From contig NC_086108.1 in the NCBI RefSeq assembly GCF_963921235.1, positions 10,292,001 to 10,356,000 of the forward strand: a stretch of DNA of 64,000 nt, read 5' to 3'. Within the stretch, counting starts at the first letter, position 1; each line of letters starts with the position of its first letter. This stretch comes from Mobula hypostoma (Eukaryota). The position numbers were made by a program, and so were the translations under genes. Below are positions 25,120 through 37,609 of the stretch, piece by piece. The notes beneath the pieces were generated by a model. The model saw nothing but the letters and a program-made list of their open reading frames with translations, was not told the origin of the DNA and did no database searches.

Positions 25120-26000
25120 AGCATGTACCACTTGTGCCATTCCACACTCTCGCAATCCTCTGAGTGAAGAAATTTCCCCTTGTGTTCCATTAAACTTTTC
25201 ACCTTTCACCCTTAACCCATGTCCTTTGGTTGTAGTCCCATCCAACCTCAGTGGAAAAAGCCTGCTTGCATTTACCCTATCTATACCTCTCAATCTTGTA
25301 TACCTCTATCAAAACTCCTCTCAATCTTCTACATTCTGAGGAACAGAGTTCTAACCTATTTAATCTTTCCCAAAAATTCAGGTCCTCCAGACTCGGCAAC
25401 ATCCTTGCAAATTTTCTCTGTACTCTTCTGTGAGCAAAACTGTACACAATGCTCCAAATTAGGCCTCATCAATTTTTTATACAACTTCAACATAACATCC
25501 CATCTTCTGCCCTCAGTGCAGTGATTTATGAAGGCCAATGTGCCAAAAGCTTTCTTTATGACTTTATCAACCTGTGATGCTACTTTCAATTAATTATGGA
25601 CCTGTATTCCCAGATTCTTTATTTTATCGCACTCCTCAGTGCCCGACTGTTCACAGTGTAAGACCTACCTTGGGTGGTCCTACTAAATTGCAATTCTTAC
25701 ACCTGTCTGCATTAAGTTCCATCTGCCATTTTTCCAGCTAATGTAGAACCCTCAGCAGACCATGATAGTGATTCTCGCTGGCCACTGCACACCCAATGCT
25801 GGTGTCATCTGCAAAACTGCTGATCCAGTCAACCACATTATCATTCAGATCATTGATATAGATGACAAACAAAAAGGACCCAGCACTGATCCCTGCAGCA
25901 CTCCACTGGTCACAGGCCTCCAGTCAGAGAGACATCCCTCTACCACCACTGTTTGGCCTCTTCCACAAAGCCAATATCAAATACAACTTACTACACTTGG
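25120..26000 (-). mobile_element. CR1 RT fragment
   Basis: LYKKLMRPNLEHCVQF; reverse complement of the GVxQGSVLGP region near 25880-25915. Confidence 0.85.
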
Positions 26001-26184
26001 CAGGTCATTTCGGATATCATCAAAGTTGGCCTTTCTCCAATTTAGAGCTCAACTTGTGGAACAGTCCTATGTTACTGCACATTTACTTTGAAACTAATTA
26101 CACTGTGGTCACAAGATACAAAGTGTCCCCCTACACATACTTCTGTCCCCTGCCCTGTCGCATTCTCTAACAACAGATATAAAT

Positions 26185-27670
26185 GGTTCTGGAGCACTGG
26201 AAAATTGCATATGTCACTCCTCTCTTTAAGAAGTGAGAAAGGCAGAAGAAAGGAAATTATAGGCCAGTTAGCCTGACTTCAGTTGTTGGGAAGATGTTGG
26301 AGTCCATTAGTAAGGATGGGGTCTCAAGGTATTTGGAGGTGCATGATAAACTAGCCCAATGTCAGAACGGTTTCATTAAGAGGAAATCTTGCCTGAACAA
26401 TCTGTTGGAACGCTTTGAATAAATAACAGGTAGGATAGACAAAGGAGAGTCAATGGATGTTGTTACATACCGCATGGGTATCTTGTGATTGTCTTATGAC
26501 CATGATGTAATTGAGTATCTTGTGAGCATGATACAATTGTCTTGTGATGGTGGGGAGATGCAATTTTCACACCCGTGTGAGGTCACATGATGTACTTTTC
26601 CCACCAGTGTAAGGTCACGTGATGGCATGTTCCCAACAGGTATATAACGGGAAAACCCTGTTGTTATGCAGTTAATTTGTCAGTTAATTCATTCATTAGT
26701 TTTGCTGCGTATTTGTCTCATGAAGCACTTTCGTTTTAAAGTGAAGTTTTTACTTTCTATTGTAAGGTACAAACGTTGTACTGGCAGTTTTTGTTTGTTG
26801 CACCTTTGTTTTACCTTTACAGTCTAGTATTGGAGAGTGAAGACCTTACCAAAGTACGGGAACCCGAAAGATTCAGTAAAGTTGGTGTCATTCGGCGGTT
26901 TTATAGAAGATCGACCTTATTGAATCTTTGTTCGTGAATAGTGGCCTGCATCTGAGATAACCCCTGCAAGATCAGGAAGGTTTGCGCAGTGTTCACACTC
27001 CAGGAAAAGGTCAGTTCCTTTAAGCCGTTTTATTTCCTTCGTCGTGATTTCTTTGGACAAAGCATATCTCTCAGCTGAAATCAGCAGTCTTCGAAGAAAT
27101 CAGTTTCATAGAAGTCTCTCCTTACTGACTATTAATCACTTGGACTTTCGAATTTACCACTTTAAGACTGTGTTCGAATTTACCACTTTAAGAACTGTTC
27201 CAGAGTTGCCGTACAGCAGTTAAGTTAGTTGTTTGAATACTTTTCGCTATTGTTGAGCAGAGTTTAGTAAATGTTTATGTTTGTTTATAAAACCTGACTC
27301 AATTCTATATTCATTGTTGCTGGTCACGTGACAGTTGCTTACTTAGATTTTCAGAAGGCCTTTGACAAGGTGCCACTCATGAGGCTGTTTAACTAGATAA
27401 GCACCCATGGTATTACAGGAAAGATACTAGCATAGGTAGAAGATTGGATGACTGACAGGAGACAAACAATATGAAGAAAGTGGGCTTGACCTGTTTGGCT
27501 AGTGGTGTGCCGCAGAGGTCTGTGTTGTTACTCCTTTGTGAGGGCATCGATATGAGAAGGCAGGAGAATGGGGCTGAGAGGGAAAATAAATCAGCCATGA
27601 TGGAATGGTGGATCAGACTCAATGGGCTGAATGGCCTAATTCTGCTCCTATGCCTTATGGTGTTATGGTC
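26185..27670 (+). mobile_element. CR1 RT fragment and 3' end, interrupted by a solo LTR
   Basis: NYRPVSLTSVVGKMLESI, then DV | YLDFQKAFDKV across the LTR. Confidence 0.8.
26461..27333 (+). mobile_element. Solo LTR (third family)
   Basis: TGTTAC...CGTGACA ends, TATATAA at 26641, AGTAAA near 27266, repeated GTCAC(G/A)TGAT motifs. TSD ambiguous (GT or GTTG). Confidence 0.75.
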
Positions 27671-27844
27671 TTATGGAGTGTGTTGAAGGAAGAGCTGGAT
27701 GACTCTCGAGGGAGACTGTTGGTGGGGCAGGAAGGAGACACACCTGCGGGAGAAACACTGTACATCACTGTCTGAATGGCCTATCACTGTTTTGGGAAGA
27801 CATTATAACACAGTGGAAGTAATGATTAAAGCAAAAGGTGTTGA

Positions 27845-28570
27845 AAGTACTTTTATTATCAAAGTATGCACATCATATATAACCTTGAGATTCATCTTCT
27901 TGCAGGCAGCCAAGAACAAAGAAACACAATAGAACCCTTTTTGAAAGAACTCGACAACAAAGACCATCAAACACCCAACGTGCGAGAAGAACAGGTCATT
28001 CAGACAATAAAAAATAAGCACACAACATGCAGATCTTTAACCGCAGAGTTCCCGACAATGAGTCCGTAGCTACAGAGCCATCTTAGTACTGAGGGAAGTG
28101 AAGCCGGTCTAGAAGCTGGAAGCCACAGCTATGGAGGCAAATACTGACAGCTGGGGGACACAGCTGCCCCGGCAGTTCAGCGCTGAGCCGAGTGTACCTT
28201 GTGGAGTGGTGAACCGGACAGCAGTTTGTCCTTTACTGTCCGCATTGTCACCTTGATCCCTTAATCTGCCTCAGCACTTAAATCAGCCAAACATCAGTTC
28301 GTTTTCCCCTCTGGGTGTCAGGCCCTGCTGCTTTTATTTGGCCAAAGTCAATGGACAAACATTGGTTCATTTTGCTCTTGGGGTTGGGCCCTGCCACTTT
28401 GATCCAGCCCGAAGCCTGTTCCAGCAATGGCTGCTGTGACCATACCTGCATCCTTGAGAGTCCAGTCAGAGAATCCAAGTCATATGGACGGTTCAAATGC
28501 ACAACTCCAAAATGGGAAGTTACAGACTGTGGATTGCAGTGATTGTAGTCCAGAAAAAGTTAGAATGGTT
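27845..28570 (-). mobile_element. Retroposon with Rex/Babar-type 3' tail, non-coding body
   Basis: Tail aaagtacttttattatcaaagta..gagattcatcttcttgcagg is shared with other copies. The 5' boundary is uncertain. Confidence 0.45.
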
Positions 28571-28909
28571 AGTAGTGTTGCTTGCTGCCGGTAGAATGAT
28601 GCAGTGCATCTTTACCGGAAGGTGTGGGAGGGAATCTAGGTCAGAGACAGTTTCTCGTTGTAACCCGTCAAGGAGAGTTAAGCACTATAAATCCTGTTAA
28701 CCTGCACTTCATTCAGGTAAAGCCACTGCTTGTTTGGTTTTTACTGTTGTCAGGCAGTTTAAAGTGATTGTTACATCCAAAACATTTCAGCTAAATCTAT
28801 AGTGAAGCTCTCAGTTGTCACTCCCACCATCCTGTGCCTGGCTTATCTGTAGAGACCCTACCCCTCCTGACCCTCTACCCACAACCAGTGACAACAAGGG
28901 ACAGCATTA

Positions 28910-29550
28910 ATAGAGTCATAGAAAAGTACAGCACAGAAATCGGCCATTCAGCCCATCTAGTCCATGCCGAACCATTTAAACTATCTACTCCCACCGACCT
29001 GCACCACTGGGACCATAGTCCTCCATGCATCTACCTTCCATGTACCTGTCCAAATTTTTGTTAAACATTGAAATCGAGCTTGCATGCACCACCACCATTT
29101 ACGCTGGTAGCTTGTGACCCTCTGATTGAACAAGTTTCCCCTTATGTTCCATTCAACTTTTCACCTTTCACCCTTAACCCATAACCTTTGGTTGTAACAT
29201 CAGTAGAAAAAGCCTGCTTGCATTTACCCTATCTATACCCCTCATAATTTTGTAAACCTCCATCAAATATCTTCTCAGTCTTCTATGGTCCAAGGAACAG
29301 GGTCCTAACCTACTCAATCTCTGGTCATTCATCACTCTCGAACAGAGAATATTGACAGTGATGAACAGAATACTCTGCCAGGGCTGGTGATAGAGGCAGA
29401 TAAATTCAGGGCATTTAAGAGACTCTTCTATGGGCACATGGATGATAGAAAGATCAAGGGCTACGTTTGGAAGGCTCGGAGAAAAGTGTTAGATTGATCT
29501 TCAAGTAGGTTAAAAGGTCGACGCAACATCATGTGCTGAAAGGCCCGTAC
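28910..29550. mobile_element. Two CR1 3' fragments in opposite orientation (28910-29335 minus, 29340-29550 plus)
   Basis: LMEVYKIMRGIDRVNA on minus; CR1 3' motifs at both outer ends. Confidence 0.7.
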
Positions 29551-29559
29551 TGGGGAAAG

Positions 29560-29785
29560 AAAACACTTCAAAATCAGCCTGAAGAAGTTGAACATAACAT
29601 CTAAAATTGGGGAAGACATTTCACTCAATAGTTCCACCTGGAGGAAATCTGTTCAAGAGAGAGCTGGGCTAATTGAGAACGAACTCTGCAGAGAACGAGT
29701 AGCAGCCATGAAAGGAGGAACAGAACAACCACTGCCCACAGCCGCCACTTACTCTTGCCCAAATCATTGTCCAAATTTTGGGTTC
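29560..29785 (+). mobile_element. RTE-clade LINE C-terminal fragment
   Basis: SLKKLNIT..EDISLNSSTWRKSVQE..YSCP resembles RTE/BovB-type C-termini. Confidence 0.6.
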
Positions 29786-29921
29786 AGTGGCTTCTTTTTC
29801 TAACAAAACTATAAAAGTTAATCTTTTTAACAAAACTACAAACATTTGTATAAAAGTTTATTTACAATACATGTACACAGGATACAGACAATCAATATTT
29901 TTAGTTTTTATTTTTTTTAAT

Positions 29922-30597
29922 TTAGATTAGATTATGAGGACACGCAGTCCTCGTTTATTGTCATTTAGTGATGTATGTATTAAGAAATGATACAATGTTC
30001 CTCCATTATGATATCACAGAAACACAAGACAGACCAAGACTAAAAAACTGACAAAAGACACATAATCATAACATATAGTTACAGAAGTGCAAAGCAATAC
30101 CATAATTTGATGAAGAACAGACCATGGGCACGGTAAAAAAAAAGATCTCAAGTCCCGATAGCCCCATCATCTCACGCAGACGGGAGAAGGAAGAAAACTC
30201 TCCCTGCCATGAACCTCCAGTGCCGCAAACTTGCCAATGCAGCACCCTGGAAGCACCCGACCACAGCCGACTCCTGAGTCCGTCCGAAAACTTCGAGCCT
30301 CTGACCAGCCCTCCGACACCGAGCACCATCTCTGCCGAGCGCTTTGACCCCGGCCCCAGCAACAAGCAACAGGCAAAGTCAAGGATTCGGGGCCTTCCCC
30401 TCCCGAGATTCTGGATCGCACAGTAGCAGCGGCAGCGAACCGGGCATTTCAGAAGTTTCACCAAATGTTCCTCTGTGCTTCACACATCTGTCTCCATCAA
30501 ATCAGGATTGTGCACGGCATCCTACTTAACAAATACAGATATCATTTACCGGAGAGGCCGCGCGCGCTGCGTCGCGCCACCATCTTCTCCTCCCTCC
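29922..30597 (-). mobile_element. Family D retroposon copy 2 (full length)
   Basis: Reverse complement of 15131-15766, with (AATCT)n tail and GAGGAC/GTCCTC hairpin. Confidence 0.8.
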
Positions 30598-30639
30598 AAT
30601 ACTCTGAATAATATTTACAAGACAATAAGTATACTCTAA

Positions 30640-30950
30640 TTAAAATATGGCTACTACCATCCATAAAACAGTCAGTACCAAGAGACTTACACTGGGGAGG
30701 GTTTCAGTGGCCCTGGTACACTTTGCGTCCTGGACCCCTCCATCTCGATTCAGCTTATACCTGACCTTTCCATGGGAGCACCACCAGCTACAGGTTCCCC
30801 TCCAAATCACACATTGTACTGACATGGAAATATATCACCAGTCCTTCATTGGTGGGTCTTTAAACCGGGAACTCCCACCCCAGCAGCACAGTGGGGGTAC
30901 GTTCATTACTGAAGGTGGATAACTGCCGTCTTCTTCAAGACAGGTAGTGA
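30640..30950 (+). mobile_element. Old CR1/L2-group LINE 3' fragment
   Basis: gggagcaccaccagctacaggttcccctccaa..gacatggaaatatatc resembles a LINE 3' end I recall from chondrichthyan genomes; unverified. Confidence 0.45.
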
Positions 30951-31214
30951 AGAGCCAGTGAATCACACGAATCAGAGAGTCTGCTGCCCAGCCTCAATAG
31001 CCAATCAAGTTATACCGAAATGAGCTGCTTCATGAATATTTCAAAGCCAGGAGAGAGTCAACAAAGGCGGAGGGAAATAGATGTCTTGCAGTTGTCTTAT
31101 TAGTGTAGCTCGGGCAGGCTCGAAGCACAAGAATGCTTACTTTGTCAATGTGGGAGATTTCTCCCCAGTAAATGATCCGAAAATAGAAATAAGTCAGAAA
31201 ATCTATAGCTCAGG

Positions 31215-31830
31215 TAGTTGATAGTTGTGTAGAGTTGTTTTCAGATCTTGGCAATTTACAAACGTTTCATGACTGTGTGAGAAGACATCGTCAGTGCGCT
31301 GTTACTTGTAGTGTGTCCTCCATTGGCTTGGTCTTTATATACTTTTCATCAATTGGTCATCATTACAGAAACTCAGTTGTGATGTAGGGAGGAAATCTCG
31401 CCGCTGATTGGTTGTGTGGTGAACTTCATGCGTGGCGGTCAAGGATTTTGCCCATATCGGCTCATAAATAAGATCAAGGTCTATGTGTTTGATTACAGAG
31501 AATTGTTCATGGAAAACCCATGCTTCTAAGAATTCTCCTGCATGTCTCGTGTCGCTTGCGTCATGACTTACACTGACACTCGGTCAAATTTGAGCTCCTC
31601 TCGATGTTCATGGGTAGAGATGAAGGAGAGTTGGTCTTGGCGCTTCTCAGCCAGCTGTTGTTCATGGATTCTGTGGATAGTTTTCTCCCAGTTTGGCTGA
31701 CGTAATATTTGCTACAGTTGGATTTTGTAGACCACATTGGCCTTCTTCAATAGCTTGATTCATTCTTTTGGTCTGTAAAGTACTCTCCTCAATGTTACTG
31801 ATGGATTACCCTCGACCAAAATTCTATGAT
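31215..31830 (-). mobile_element. Penelope-like element 3' fragment (GIY-YIG remnant + hammerhead)
   Basis: Minus strand NVVYKI..RIHEQQLA, followed by CCAAT/TATA-like motifs and CTGACGA..GAAAC. Confidence 0.7.
31255..31300 (-). ncRNA. Minimal hammerhead ribozyme motif (degenerate)
   Basis: CTGACGA-TGTCTTCTCACACAGTCAT-GAAACGTT; helix II weak. Confidence 0.5.
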
Positions 31831-32004
31831 TTTGGAGCAGTTGGGCCATTATTTCTGAAATATTTTGAATATATGGAAGGGAAACCCATTTGATAGCTAC
31901 ATGGTTGGTGTGTTTTCGACCTTGTAGCTTCTGAGATTGAACTCTTGATTATGAAATGTCTAACTGTAGGATATTCCACTCTGAAGTGACCCACTGAGTA
32001 AGTT

Positions 32005-32830
32005 GCCAATCCCCCACCTGTCCACGGTCGCCCCTCCGCCTGTCTGCGGTCACTCCCCCATTCCCCCACCTGTCCGCGGTCACTCCCCCCACCTGTCCGC
32101 AGTCACTTCCCCATTCCCCCACCTGTCCGCGATCACCCCCCACCTGTCCGCGGTCACTCCTCCCACCTGTCCGCAGTCACTCCCCCATTCCCCCACCTGT
32201 CCGCGGTCACTCCCCCCACCTGTCCGCGATCACCCCCCCCACCTGTCCGCAGTCACTCCCCCATTCCCCCATCTGTCCACGGTCACTACCCCACCTCTCC
32301 GCAGTCACTTCTCCATTCCCCCACTTGTCCACGGTCACCCCCCACCTGTCCACGGTCACTCCCCCCACCTGTCCGCAGTCACTCCCCCATTCCTCCACCT
32401 GTCCGCAGTCACTACCCCACCTGTCCGCGGTCACTACCCCACCTGTCCGCGGTCACCCCCCACCTGTCCGTGGTCACCCCCTACCTGTCCACGGTCGCCC
32501 CCCCGCCTGTCCGCGGTCACTCCCCACTCCCCCCCTGTCCACGGTCACTCCCCCACCTGTCCGCGGTCACTTCTCTACCTGTCCATGGTCACTCCCCCAC
32601 TCCCCCACCTGTCTGTAGTCGCCTGCCCACCTGTCTGTGGTCACTCCCCCACCAGTCCATGGTCACTTCCCTACCTGTCCACGGTCACTTCCCTACCTGT
32701 CCACGGTCACCCACCACCTGTCTGCGGTCACCCCCCACCTGTCTGCGGCCACCCCCCCACCTGTCCGCGGTCACCACCCCACCTGTCCGCGGCCACCCCC
32801 CCCACCTGTCCACGGTCACCACCCTACCTG
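32005..32830. repeat. C-rich minisatellite, core CCCACCTGTCCGCGGTCAC, 20-30 bp units
   Basis: Visible tandem array; the ORFs over it are periodic. Confidence 0.95.
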
Positions 32831-33332
32831 ACCTGCGTTGGGCCCTTTGGTGACTGGATCATGACAACAGCACGTGGTGGAGCCCACGCTGGTTGTACAC
32901 CTCCCCCCACCACCCCGATCTGCTCGCCGGTTTAGGGGCAGTCTCCAGTGTGACTGGACAGTTTGGGACAGAGGGTCAGAAGTGAACTGAGCCAATCTGC
33001 ACAAAACTGAGCAAAGCACCTTCCTTCAGATCCTTGCCTGCTGACTAAACACAAATATTTTCTGTCTTACTTTGTAATTAAAAACTCATTACTGTCAGAA
33101 TCTAGCGGGAGAGCGAACTGCTGACCACAGCAAACTCTGGATCAACAAATAAATACAGAACATATCAGCCACACACAAATTAGAGCAAATGGTCTGGCTC
33201 TGTGGTTCTGTGTGCAATTGGAGGAATTAACATATGTGTGTGTGTATATATATAAAAAGGATCTAATGGTTTGCCAGTGTATATGACACATCAACTCCTC
33301 TTGAGCTTCCAACCGGGTCCAGTATTGATTTT

Positions 33333-33378
33333 AACTGACATTTCGACGGCAAACTCCACCATCTTCATCAGGGATGAT
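33333..33378 (-). ncRNA. Minimal hammerhead ribozyme motif
   Basis: CTGATGA-A-GATGG-(TGGAGTTTG)-CCGTC-GAAA-TGTC: intact core with 5-bp helix II. Confidence 0.7.
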
Positions 33379-33489
33379 GTCTAGGCATGTCCAGTCCTGT
33401 GGTATATATACCACACCCCCCTCCACCGTTGTCCATCCCACCTGATTGGTTAAACCTCAACTAATCAGGTTTCCACTGTCCCACCTTGT

Positions 33490-33772
33490 TTAGATTATGA
33501 GAACACTCAGTCCTCTTTTATTGTCATTTAAAAATGCATACATGTATTAAGAAATGATACAATGTTTTTCCGGCGTGATATCACAGTAAACAAGACAGAC
33601 CAAAGACTAACACTGACAGAACCACGTAATTATAACATATAGTTACAGCAGTGTAAAGCAATACCATAATTTGAAGCTGAACAGTCCATAGGCACAGTAA
33701 AAAAAAGTCTCAAAATCCCGAGTCCCCGATAGCGATGGCAAAAAGGAGAAACTCCCTGCCATAAACCTCCAG
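33490..33772 (-). mobile_element. Family D copy 3 (5'-truncated)
   Basis: Matches only the 3' ~280 bp of the other copies. Confidence 0.78.
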
Positions 33773-34089
33773 TTTTTACTTAGAGTGGGGCCTTTGTCTT
33801 TGTTGAAATTCGTATTCTCTAGTCTTTTTTCAATGGCTTTCTTCACCAGGCGGTCTCAAAAACCACTGGTGTGGCACAGTATAACGTATATCCATTTGGA
33901 AAGGTGTTGGGATTTGCCCAGTTGGTGTCTTCCGGTGGGCTTAATACAGCTGGTTGATACTTCATGGAACATAGAACATTCCAGCACAGTGCAGGCCCTT
34001 CTGTCCACTTCTCTCACGCCCATGCTAGTCTGCTTATCCCTGTGGTCGATGTTACGACCTCTGCACTATCCACCGTAAGCATGACATTG

Positions 34090-34580
34090 CAGTGTCTTAA
34101 TTCCCATTCCCATTCTCATTCCAACGTGTCAGTCCATGGTCACCTCTTGTGCCAAGATGAGGCCACCCTCAGTGTGGAGGAGCAGCGCCCTGCATCTGGG
34201 TACCCTCCAGCCTGGTGGCATGAATTTCAATTTCTCCTTGTGGTAAACAAATCCCAACACCCCCACTCCCCCATGACTTCTCAGTTCTTCTCACCTGCCT
34301 ATTACTTCCCCCCGTCCCCTCCTTCTTCCCTTTCTCCTATCGACCACTGTCCACTCCTAAAAGATTCTTCCTTTTCCCCTGCCCATTACCTTTCCCACCC
34401 ACCTGGCTTTATCTATCACCTTCCAGCTGGCCTCTTACCTCTCCCACTACCTTTATATTCAGACACCTTCCTCCTCCTTTCCAGTCCTGATGAAGTGTCT
34501 CGGCCCGAAACGTCAACAGTTTACTCTTTTCCATAGATGCTGCCTGGCCCTGCTGAGTTTCTCCAGCGTTTCGCATGTGT
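34090..34580 (+). mobile_element. Penelope-like 3' fragment
   Basis: CQDEATLSVEEQ, pyrimidine tract, hammerhead, ccatagatgctgcctg tail. Confidence 0.75.
34483..34520 (+). ncRNA. Minimal hammerhead ribozyme motif
   Basis: CTGATGA-AGTGTCTCGGCCC-GAAACGTC. Confidence 0.65.
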
Positions 34581-34829
34581 TATAACGATTCAAAGTACAT
34601 TTATTATCAATGTATGAATGCAGAATACAAATCTGTGATTCGTCCTCCCACGGGCAGCGAGGAAACAAAGAAACGCCAAGCGAGAAAACATCAAACAGCC
34701 AACATGCAAAATTAAAGAACAAATTGCAGGAACAGCAAGAAGCAGGCATACAACACATAGAATAGAATATCACCCTTAAAAACCATTCTACCTTGGAAAC
34801 GCACATAAATACTCTCCACGTTTATATTG

Positions 34830-35245
34830 CAAACCTAGTCAGCTTCATCATGGGCACTACCTCTGTAGTATCCAGGGCATCTTCTCGGAACAATGACTCC
34901 AAAATGTGACGTCCATCATTAAGGACCCCCATCACCCAGGACATGCCCTCTTCTCATTGCTACATCAGGAAGGATGTACAGAAGCCTGAAGACTCAACGA
35001 TTCAGGAACAGCTTCTTCCCTTCTGTCATTTGATTTCTGAGTGGACATTGAAACCTTGAACACTACCTCACTACTTTTTAAATTTCTGTTTTTGCACTAC
35101 TTAATTAATTTAACTATTTAATATATATATATACTTACTGTAACTCACAATTTTTCCTCTAGTTTGGATTGTGTTGTACTGCTGCCACAGAGACAACAGA
35201 TTTCATGATGCATACTGGTGATATTAAACTTGGTTCTGATTCTGA
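34830..35245 (+). mobile_element. Rex1/Babar LINE 3' fragment
   Basis: SIIKDPHHPGHALFSLL..RFRNSFFP; tail attaaac..(ctgatt)n. Confidence 0.8.
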
Positions 35246-35358
35246 ATATTGGAAGCATCTGTACAGTGAGTGAGAGTTAATGTTTCAGGTAAATCACCTT
35301 TCATGGGAATGAATGCAAGTGACTGTACTTAACATTCTCAGACCTACTGTTCTCGTAT

Positions 35359-36734
35359 CACTGGACAATAAGCTTTCTCGAACGTGTTGCTTCCAAAGAA
35401 TTTTATTTTGTTTACGATAGAAGCTCAAAGCTGAACACAAATATTATCTCAGACTACTTGTACCATGTAGGAATTAGGAGAAACAAGAAATTAACTTTTA
35501 TTGAATATAATGTGTTTAATTGCACAACGGTGCTGTCGATGTTCAATAGCTTAATTAAGCTAAAAATGTTTTGTTGATGATTTTCATTTGCACTCAGTGT
35601 CTGAGGCTTCTCACTTAAGTGTCCAACAATAATCAGCCAGCATTGATGGATTCCAGTTGTTCTGATACAGTTTCTCCATGACCGCAATGCCCTGGTGAAA
35701 CCTTTCACCATGCTCGTTACTGACAGTGCCAAGATTTTATGATTATGAAGGCACGTAGTCCTCTTTTATTGTTATTTAGTAATACATGCATTAAGAAATG
35801 ATACATTATTTCCTCCGGTGTGATATCACAAAACACAGAACAGACCAAGACTGAAAAAAATGACAAAACCACATAATTGTAACATATAGTTACAACAGTG
35901 CAACAATACCATAACTTGATGAAGAAGTCCATGAGCACAGTAAAGTTCAAAGTTTCTCAAATGTCCCACATCTCACACAGATGGGAGAGGGAAGAAAACC
36001 TCTCCCTGTCATGCCCACCGTAATCCGACTCTGAGTCATCCGAAAACTTCGAGCTCTGATCAGCTCTCCACGCCGAGTACTGAGCGCTATCTCTGTCCGA
36101 ACGATTCGACCTCCTTCTTGGTCGCCAAAAGCAGACAAGGCCGGGAATTTTGAGGCCTACCCTCCGAAAGATTCCAGACTGCGCAGAAACGACAGCAGCG
36201 AATGGGCGTTTCAGAAATTTCTCCAGATGTTCCTCTGTGCTTTCACGTCCATTCTCCATCAAATCAGAATTGTCCACGGTCCCTATTTAACAGATACGAT
36301 ATCATTTTTCACCGGAGGGCTGCGTACACGCAGGCGCGTGCCATTTTCGGGGAAGAAGTCTAAATGGGAATGCAGAAAATGAATCTTTTGCATTGCATGG
36401 TTTTAACCAGCATGTTGTCAACCAGCTGCACAGAGTTTAGTGCTCTGTAGTTGCCAAGAAAATTTTCAACAACATCCTTGAGTGCCTTGGATGCAATTTT
36501 CTCTGGTCCCACGAGGTTCTTCAAATTGTTTGATTTGTGGACCAACAAAAATGCCTTCCTTAATCTTGGCATCAGTTATTCTGACTTGAATTATGAACTG
36601 AAGTTACAAATAAAGGTGATCTCAAAAAAATGGTGTGTGATTGGGCAATTTCATGTTAATTTCATGATTGGCAGCCCAAAATCCATAAGGCACATCCAAA
36701 AATATCTGGGGAACAAAAACTTTCTTGTCCAGTG
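35359..36734 (-). mobile_element. Chapaev3-like (CMC) DNA transposon deletion derivative, interrupted by family D copy 4
   Basis: TIRs CACTGGACAA / TTGTCCAGTG, flanks TAT / TAA. Minus-strand remnants AKIKEGIFVGPQI, VVENFLGN, HLDFF, LGTVSNEHGERFHQ..MLADYCWTL. Confidence 0.78.
35736..36348 (-). mobile_element. Family D copy 4
   Basis: Same ends (AAAATGGC head, hairpin tail) but a divergent middle. Confidence 0.78.
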
Positions 36735-37609
36735 TAATTTAAAGGGGCCTCTCTTGTGTACTGCTCGTGGAGTCCTCCTGTGTGTTTGTGGAGAATGGCT
36801 CATCTCGCAGAGTCACGCGGTCATGCCTCTGTAGTATTCTTATGCCTATCCTCTAGTTCCCGTCCCTTCACGAGGAGTCCGCTTTTCCTCTGCTCCTGGG
36901 TCAAGTCATCAGCGGTGCTCACCATGACAGGCTGCCATCCTCCGCACCTGGGTTGATTGGTGCCTGTGACCACCATGACAGAGAGAGTCTGTTGTTCGTC
37001 CTTGGGTCCAGTCCTGCAAGCGCGCACCGTGACAGAAATATTGTTCCGTGAGAAGCCTCAATGTGATGAAGTATCAGTGATATTAATAAATTCTATTAAT
37101 AAATATCATGATAATGAAGACAAACTTTTTTACAGCTTCTAAACGTTAGAGGGCTAAGTAGTCCATGAGGTGTGAAATTTGCCAGTCAGAGTGAAGGTGC
37201 TAAGGCAGATCCAGTCATACACAGAATCTGAAAAAGTGCAAAAAACAAGGAACATCTAGCTTTTCCCAGTGTTAATTGATAGCTTCTTCAGACCATGATC
37301 GTGTTGAAGATTTTGAATGAGACAGCGTTTTAGCACATCAGTTCAATGGGATTACCTGAGGAACTGCTGATAAAAAAAAATTGCAAGCAATTCTCTCAGT
37401 GTCACGGCTGATGTGGTGGTGAATTTTATGCTTCTCCAGGTGAATTTCATCCAGAGACAGCAAGCATTCTGTGCAACTTTTCACGCCATGGACATTGTTC
37501 ATGACAACAGAGTCATAGAGTTAACCAACATGGAAACAGGCCCTTTTGCCCAAATGGACCACGTCTTGTAGGATGGTGGTGAATGTTGGTAGCTCGGGTT
37601 GAGGTGTTT

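Larger units (their letters stand above)
33305..33960 (-). mobile_element. Penelope-like 3' fragment interrupted by family D copy 3
   Basis: RLVKKAIEK..NFNKDKG (GIY-YIG C-terminus), then CCAAT, TATATA and a hammerhead. Confidence 0.7.

Noticed and set aside
28910..29550. Twin-primed inverted CR1
   Set aside because: Both halves contain 3' ends, so two separate fragments are more likely.
31141..31202. Possible minus-strand exon (FLTYFYFRIIYWGEISHIDK, GTAAGC donor)
   Set aside because: Weak acceptor next to a Penelope end; the peptide is not recognised.
32003..32935. 310-aa Pro/His-rich ORF
   Set aside because: Translation of the minisatellite.
36750..37033. Possible solo LTR ending CGTGACA
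   Set aside because: No matching left end or TSD found.
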